A stretch of 56,938 nucleotides of DNA, filler included, from Catajapyx aquilonaris (Eukaryota): the NCBI GenBank assembly GCA_000934665.2. It is 3 parts of 3 records of this genome, joined end to end, with 100 filler letters (N's around TTAATTAATTAA, not from the genome) between each part and the next. Parts side by side here need not be neighbours in the genome. Positions count along the whole stretch, not along the records: positions 38,015 to 56,938 come from JYFJ02006579.1; 2 more parts are not named here. One strand, written 5' to 3'. The translations under genes and the position numbers were made by a program. Below, piece by piece: positions 51,501 through 56,938 of the stretch; within the stretch, counting starts at the first letter, position 1, and every line of letters begins with the position of its first letter. The notes below the pieces were generated by a model, which did no database searches, was not told the origin of the DNA, and saw only the letters and a program-made list of their open reading frames with translations.

Positions 51501-51869
51501 ATGACGGTTTTCGAGCAGTACGTAAAGTGTAATCTTTCGATATATGTACTGCGAGTATAAATGGGATTTATTTATTTATAAGTTCACTTCATGTCAATTA
51601 TGATATTTTTAATTCACACCCAGTTCCTCCCTGACCATTTTGGCACCATTGGAGGGCATTGCGACGGATATTTTGAGCGTAAGGCAGGTATTTCTGTGAT
51701 TTTGTGACTTACGCACTTTTTGCTCAAAAAAACTATGACGCCGACGCCTCAGAGGCGGGGACTTTTGGGAGGTAGCTCCTATGGTACCAAGGTACATTTG
51801 TGCCAAAAATCAAAACTACCTTATTTATTTCAAGGTTTGCCTTAAAATTTGCTTATAATGCCTGGGCTG
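48512..51869 (-). mobile_element. Academ (AcademX-type) DNA transposon, internally deleted
   Basis: Termini TAGCCCAGGCAT...ATGCCTGGGCTG (YR..YR), 3-bp TSD AAA, and near-perfect ~470-bp inner TIRs (48535-49004 / 51367-51836). ORF remnants at 50813-49230 include FNFKEHCLFCG, DLVAAEAKYHTEC, IIREDIR, PTSAACEQHSLRVYIQVQEW..P..WGW and a Cys8 finger CKNTCGNRCDCARAGLECSLMCANCRG. Confidence 0.8.
50860..51290. mobile_element. hAT-type MITE nested in the Academ element
   Basis: TIRs CAGTGGTGGGCA / TGCCCACCACTG, internal duplicated AAGTTAGCTGTTATCGAAAG blocks, and an imperfect TSD. Confidence 0.65.
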
Positions 51870-52942
51870 AAAGTGCCCTTCCCAGAGATGATCCCAGTCG
51901 TGCCACTGATCCCGGCTGCGGCACCACGTGACCCCTTCATCGGCAGGCCCCCTGCTGGCTCTCCGCAAACCCTCTCAGGCCCACCTGCCCTCGACGGCAC
52001 AGTCGCAAGATACGGCTCACACTGGGGTCTCTTGCCCTCCGACGCACCGGTACTGGTACTGCCGTCATCACCTGGCAACCTCACCTGATCACTCATCCTT
52101 GGCGCCTCCAGGAGTGTTTGGAGTGACAACGATGCACCCCCTTGGCCGTCGCATGGCAACGTCGATTGACCCATTGTTGGCTCCTTCCGAATCGCCGATC
52201 CGGAAGGGGGAGAAAAGAGGGGCCCCGGATGTGACGTGGCAGTACCTACGTCACTGTTTACTTTTTGGACGCATTACGTCACTGTTTACTTTTTGGACGC
52301 ATTGGCGCTGACGGTTGCGCGGACGAAGCTGGAAGTTCTAGAGCTCATGTTAGTGATGGGAAAAAACGTTATTTTCGCGTAACGATTACAAGGTTACCCG
52401 TTATTTTAATATATACGTTATAAATATGCGTTAATAGTTATTTTCTTATTTAAACGTGTTATAAACTAATATAAATAACTGCTGTCGATATTAGCTATTT
52501 ATGTAATTACCAAGCGCTGGGTAATTTTTCATGGCTCCAGCCGGTTGTAATCGAATCTATAAAGAAAAACAGTTAATAATAATTACTATTTTGACATGTT
52601 AATCATTATTAACATTCAAATTAACGTTCAAATCTCCAACAACCTCGTCCTATACTATACAGTATATTACTCTACTCTTGTGGGTCACATAAAATTAAGT
52701 ACGCCTATTCATAATTGATAAGTGGATAGTGTGGGGGGAAAATATATAACATAACTTCGCTCATCCGGAAATACCAGATGATAGACTGGCGTTCTAAAAC
52801 ATACAATATGCTGTTTCGGATTTCAATAATAGTGCGGGAAAAAAACCTGCATTGAAACATTTAGTGTCATCTACAAGTAGAAAGCAAAATAGACAATGAT
52901 AGACCATTCAGACCTTCCAAAGTCATATGCGACCAAAAATTA

Positions 52943-53045
52943 TCAGCGATGAAGGGAGACGCAACTTATGAACCAATAAAACTCATGAGAATAAACCTAA
53001 AACAACCTGTCCCACCCCCCACCCCTGCCCACCTCAGACATCACC
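52943..53045 (-). mobile_element. LINE 3' UTR fragment (same family as 46082-46533)
   Basis: TCAGCGATGAAGGGAGACGCAA...CCTAAAACAACC...CCCCTGCCCACCTCAGAC is the reverse complement of 46350-46465. Confidence 0.7.
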
Positions 53046-53320
53046 TTATCCTCAGACTTATTTACCTATTTACCCATTAATTACATTAGTAACATTCACG
53101 ATTCACCTATTTTAAAGGGAGTGCTCATCAAGCTCTCGAATCACGTGCTCGAATTGCCGCCGCCTGGTGACGTCATTAACACAGTCCAAAAAGTCATCCG
53201 TGACGTAGGTACTGCTACGTCATAAGCGGGGCCGCCATTTTCGCCCCCTTCTTTTTTGACCCTTCCGAATTGAACGGTGATGTGAAGTGGGCGCAAAGAG
53301 TTCTGCTATATTATATATAC

Positions 53321-53554
53321 ACCTAGAGGAGGTACTCGGCCTGCAATGTGAGGCAGGCAACAATGCAAGCAACAATATGACCTCCAACAAGATGGCGGAC
53401 GCCTGACATTATTGAACTAATTGTCGCCCAGATGTCATTATTGGTTGTTGTCCCAGTTGCTAGACAACTGTTAGAACAACAATATGACCTCCAACAAGAT
53501 GGCGGCTGCCTCAGCCTGTCTAATGGAAAAGGATAGGGAGTACCTCCTCTAGGT
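53321..53554. mobile_element. Small MITE in a TA-rich target
   Basis: 17-bp TIR ACCTAGAGGAGGTACTC / GAGTACCTCCTCTAGGT. The internal direct repeat CAATATGACCTCCAACAAGATGGCGG occurs twice. Confidence 0.7.
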
Positions 53555-53565
53555 ATTATATTATA

Positions 53566-54246
53566 CTAGCGCACCCGTAGCCAAAATTTGGCAAACATGC
53601 AATGAGGAAGACAATAATGGGAATGACAAAACAGAATGAGAGGGCTCGCGGAGTGACAACTAAGAAAATATCGTATAGATGGTCGTAAGACGCGGTTGAA
53701 AAATTTAGTGGCGTTGGTGGAATCAATGGACATACTGTACAGTACACTTCCTGAATCGGATATGAGAAAAGTTTTAATAAAACCTCGCGATATAGTCATA
53801 TTATACAACATTCTGTGTAAACACACCGTTGTTGGAGAGCAATGTTCCATGTTGAGCAGTGGGAGTGCAGTGAACACTTTGACATGACTAATTCCGGAGA
53901 TATAATATACCTTGCAGTGTTCCGGACGCAAAAAAAAATTAGACAATTATTATAGGGAGAATTGGCGGTTAAACTGGGATTTCTGTCAGTTTGAACGGAG
54001 AGGAGGAGGAGGGGGAGGAGGAGGAGGTGGCCACCAACAGAAGGCGGAATATACCTTGCAGTGTTCCGGACGCAAAAAAAATTAGACAATTATTATAGGG
54101 AGAATTGGCGGTTAAACTGGGATTTCTGTCAGTTTGAACGGAGAGGAGGAGGAGGGGGAGGAGGAGGAGGTGGCCACCAACAGAAGGCGGAATATACCTT
54201 GCAGTGTTCCGGACGCAAAAAAAATTAGACAATTATTATAGGGAGA
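53566..54246 (-). mobile_element. Possible non-autonomous Helitron with a 143-bp tandem repeat (53904-54246, ~2.4 units)
   Basis: The minus-strand 3' end is GCCAAATTTTGGC hairpin...CGCTAG|T. The minus-strand 5' end TCTCCCTATAATAAT recurs in each tandem unit. The tandem repeat is certain, and the Helitron call is inferred. Confidence 0.5.
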
Positions 54247-54868
54247 ATAATAGCAGAATTCTTTGTGCGGGCGTCGATTGTGTTCCAAAGCCATGTGCGG
54301 TGGAGTAGACCCCGTGAGGTGCAACTCCGCCCCCATTTCCATTGGGAGCAAGCCTTGCCAACATAGCCTTCCTCACCTCCAAACACCGCACTCTCGCCTC
54401 CAGCTCCTCGCGGCTCCGACGTTGGGCCTCTGCGACCATCCGCATCTTCTCCAACTCGTCTCTCATTTCCTGCCGCCTCTTGTCCCGGATCCGACAAGCA
54501 GCCTCCACAGCCATCTGCATCTGCACGAACTCCTCCTTCAGTTCCTTCCTGTGCTTCGTCTCCGTCCTGGAAGCTCTTCCATCGGGCAGGGGCCCTCCTC
54601 GCAATACTGGGGAATCGCCATCTCTGCCCCACTTGCTTCCCTGCCACCTACCCGGAGTTCTGTCCTCTCCCGTCTCCATCCTGTGCCGCAGTCCCTCAAC
54701 ATATATCCTCCAGTCCACGGATCCACTGCCCTCCTCGGCTTTGGAGCACCTTTCTTCCCCCAAGATGGCTCGCAGCTGCTGAAGGAATGCCATCCTCCTC
54801 TGCGACGTCCAATCCGGCCTTGCGGTTCCGATATCCAACACTTCTGACACCAATTTGTAGTGCCTCAC
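54236..54868 (-). CDS. Hypothetical 210-aa ORF with a predicted coiled coil, possibly transposon-borne
   Basis: GC-rich open frame with an E/R/K-rich helical segment (KELKEEFVQMQMAVE...EELEARVRCLE). No family recognised, the start codon is uncertain, and the 3' end runs into repeats. Confidence 0.35.
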   Translation of the reverse strand: MRHYKLVSEVLDIGTARPDWTSQRRMAFLQQLRAILGEERCSKAEEGSGSVDWRIYVEGLRHRMETGEDRTPGRWQGSKWGRDGDSPVLRGGPLPDGRASRTETKHRKELKEEFVQMQMAVEAACRIRDKRRQEMRDELEKMRMVAEAQRRSREELEARVRCLEVRKAMLARLAPNGNGGGVAPHGVYSTAHGFGTQSTPAQRILLLFSL

Positions 54869-55027
54869 GATGAGACGTCAGAGACACCACAAAATCATCC
54901 TGCGAAACACATCGGGGAAAGGGTAAAGCCACCACTGTGGACTTCTATTCAGGACAATAGGTACATCACATCCGTCCAGGAGGACGGTAGAACAAGATCT
55001 AACATTCCATTCAAACATCAACAACAT

Positions 55028-55079
55028 CAGTGTCCTGGCAACCAGGGCAACAGACAACAACCTGGTAGCCAGGACACTA
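55028..55079. mobile_element. 52-bp hairpin mini-MITE with Academ-like termini
   Basis: CAGTGTCCTGGCAACCAGG - 14 nt - CCTGGTAGCCAGGACACTA, flanked by CAT on both sides (55025-55027, 55080-55082). Termini are CA..TA (YR..YR). Confidence 0.65.

Positions 55080-55080
<1 letters not shown>

Positions 55081-55162
<82 letters not shown>
55081..55162. repeat. (ATT)n microsatellite
   Basis: About 27 perfect units. Confidence 0.98.
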
Positions 55163-55165
<3 letters not shown>

Positions 55166-56398
55166 CCGCTTATTGCATTTCATTTTTTACTTACATTATC
55201 TCAATTGATTATTATTTTAACCACAATTACTCTACTAGATTGCACTTGTCATTTTAATTGACCATCCCACCTTCTTGAAGTCTGCTTGGGAGAGCATGCA
55301 GCGGTCATGAATATATTGTTATGTTTCATATTCCGGGCGAAGATGGGACGGAAACAGCATCAGCCAGATCAATGCTTCGTATATTTTTTTTGCAGCAAAT
55401 TTTGATTTCGAATGGAATGAAATAGCTCCTCTTTGATAGAGATGTGTTGCAACAGCCTATTATGGATGGTGCCTTCCAATTATTGCACGAGGAAGCCCAA
55501 ATATGTTCCATCTCTTGTACAGAACACAGAAGTGAGGCACTGATCAGACGCGACTAAAATGGTAAAGGAAATCGATTTTTTTTTCCATTTCGCAGTTGAC
55601 CCAAATGATGCCTATAATGAGCCAATTTCAGAGACCCAAATAAACGCTGCGGTGATGGCAAGGAAACATACAAAAACCGTATAATTATTTGGATTTCTTC
55701 ATTGAATGTTCTGTATAGTATAGTATAGTATAGTATAGTATAGTATTTAGTATCCCCATAATAATAGCCTTGTCTAGAACGCCACAAGGGAACGCCAGAT
55801 GTTGCTGCCTGAAGAAGTAGTGCCGTGAAGAAAAAGGTGGCAGCACTCCCTTGGCGGTCTTTGGCGGCGGGCAAGGGAGTGCTGCCACCTTTTGGTCAGT
55901 ACGGCACTAATTCTTCAGGCCGCCGCTTTCCCTTCCCGCCATAAGTCCTAACCGCCACCTATTTCCTTTCCCGCCAATACAGGTCTGCCAACTGATTCAA
56001 TCTGAGCCTCAGAATATTCAGAAAGCTGTCATATACGCTGCTACTTCCAGCCCCACTTTCTAACTATGCCGCCATCTTGGATCCGGATCGAGCAACTTAT
56101 TATCATTTTCAGCGGATAGCTGAGCTTAGAGTAAACCATTGCGACTTATTTGGCGGCGTAGCATGAACCTCCCGGAGCAAGAAAACAAGATATCAGCGGT
56201 GGGATCAGCATGGGATTGGAGGTTGGCAAAGCCACAACATAACGTCCGTTGGCCTCCGCCGCCACAAGACGGACAGTACTGTAAATGTTGCGGATACGAA
56301 ACCCACAATAATCGCCCAGCTCCGCTTCCTCTCCGCATTACCTAAAATATCCTGCAGGGCGGCGAACCCTGCCTGGCGGGGCCACAACAGATGACAGT

Positions 56399-56659
56399 GG
56401 AGATAATGGATACCCCGTGATAAGCCTCCTTCAGCTTTTTAGGGGATCATCTTTTAATTGACCGACTTTAATCATTGCCTTTGCTGTGATGGATTTTGAT
56501 TGTGAGAGGAAACGGGAGAACCCCCGAGAAAACCAACGCGAACACGGAGAGAACCCATCGAAACTATATCCACGTAAGCATAATATACTCTGTCCGATAC
56601 GGAGATCGAACTCGGGACCTTAGAGGTGAAAGGCTGCGGCGCTAACCACTGCGCCCAAT
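56399..56659 (-). mobile_element. tRNA-derived SINE (family D)
   Basis: Minus-strand head GGGCGCAGTGGTTAGCG...GAGTTCGATCTC, central GTTTTCTCGGGGGTTCTCCCGTTTCCTCTCAC, and a 13-bp TSD AACAGATGACAGT (56386-56398, 56660-56672). Confidence 0.8.
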
Positions 56660-56938
56660 AACAGATGACAGTATCATAAAGCCATAGAGCATTATTACCT
56701 ACACAAAGGGCAACTCCATCCTTCATGTTGCCCCGTCGCTCAAATATGCCCGTATCAGCTAATATCAGCTATTATTATTAGCCTTAATCATAGCCTGCTG
56801 GATCCGGATCCAAAAGTCTTATACAGTAAAACTTCTAGAAGAGTAGTTAGGATAGGCTAAGTACGGAGCCTCATGGAAAAATTCCGCAGTGGCGCCACCG
56901 TCTATGCGAGTTTAACATGGGAAAGCGCCACTGCGGCC

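Larger units (their letters stand above)
46818..52174 (-). pseudogene. Orphan intronless ORF of ~660 codons with four ~100-aa-spaced repeats, interrupted by an Academ element and one frameshift
   Basis: Removing 48512-51869 and one AAA TSD joins ORF 52174-51870 in frame to 48508-47482 (...GIISGKGT-LGQRHVRAEED..., 443 aa). The fourth repeat continues in ORF 47492-46818. AATAAA (minus) lies at 46614-46619. Confidence 0.7.

Noticed and set aside
53904..54246. CRISPR-like array (also 12290-12395)
   Set aside because: These are plain tandem repeats without unique spacers, in a eukaryotic context with no cas genes.
56139..56345. Short ORF with PPPP and CKCC motifs
   Set aside because: It is too short, I recognise no domain, and it has no splice support.

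Overview
Eukaryotic, intron-rich animal DNA, probably arthropod (trithorax architecture, intronless ionotropic-receptor genes). It consists of three contigs joined by artificial 100-bp spacers (44N-TTAATTAATTAA-44N at 18890-18989 and 37915-38014), so adjacency across the spacers is not evidence of linkage. Segment 1 (1-18889, all minus strand) holds an apparently intact RAD50 (18 exons visible, N-terminal exons missing), followed by a frameshifted, 3'-truncated eIF3d copy and a frameshifted TM9SF3 copy. Segment 2 (18990-37914) holds most of a trithorax/KMT2A gene on the plus strand (PHD1-3, ePHD, FYRN, Taspase site, FYRC, Win motif, start of SET), including a 5.55-kb exon. Segment 3 (38015-56938) holds three decayed ionotropic-receptor copies and a dense nest of mobile DNA. 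That nest includes an internally deleted Academ-type transposon that splits an orphan, intronless ORF of about 660 codons with four internal repeats. Introns and intergenic DNA contain many MITEs (Tc1/mariner, Tigger, hAT, piggyBac, Kolobok-, Sola-, Chapaev3- and Transib-like) and tRNA-derived SINEs, and several MITEs are nearly whole-length palindromes. The best leads are a MITE closely resembling mammalian MER2/MER2B (possible horizontal transfer), the orphan repeat gene, the foldback MITEs, and two inferred GC-AG introns in RAD50. No CRISPR array or prokaryotic system was seen. Family names rest on recalled motifs and termini, not database searches.
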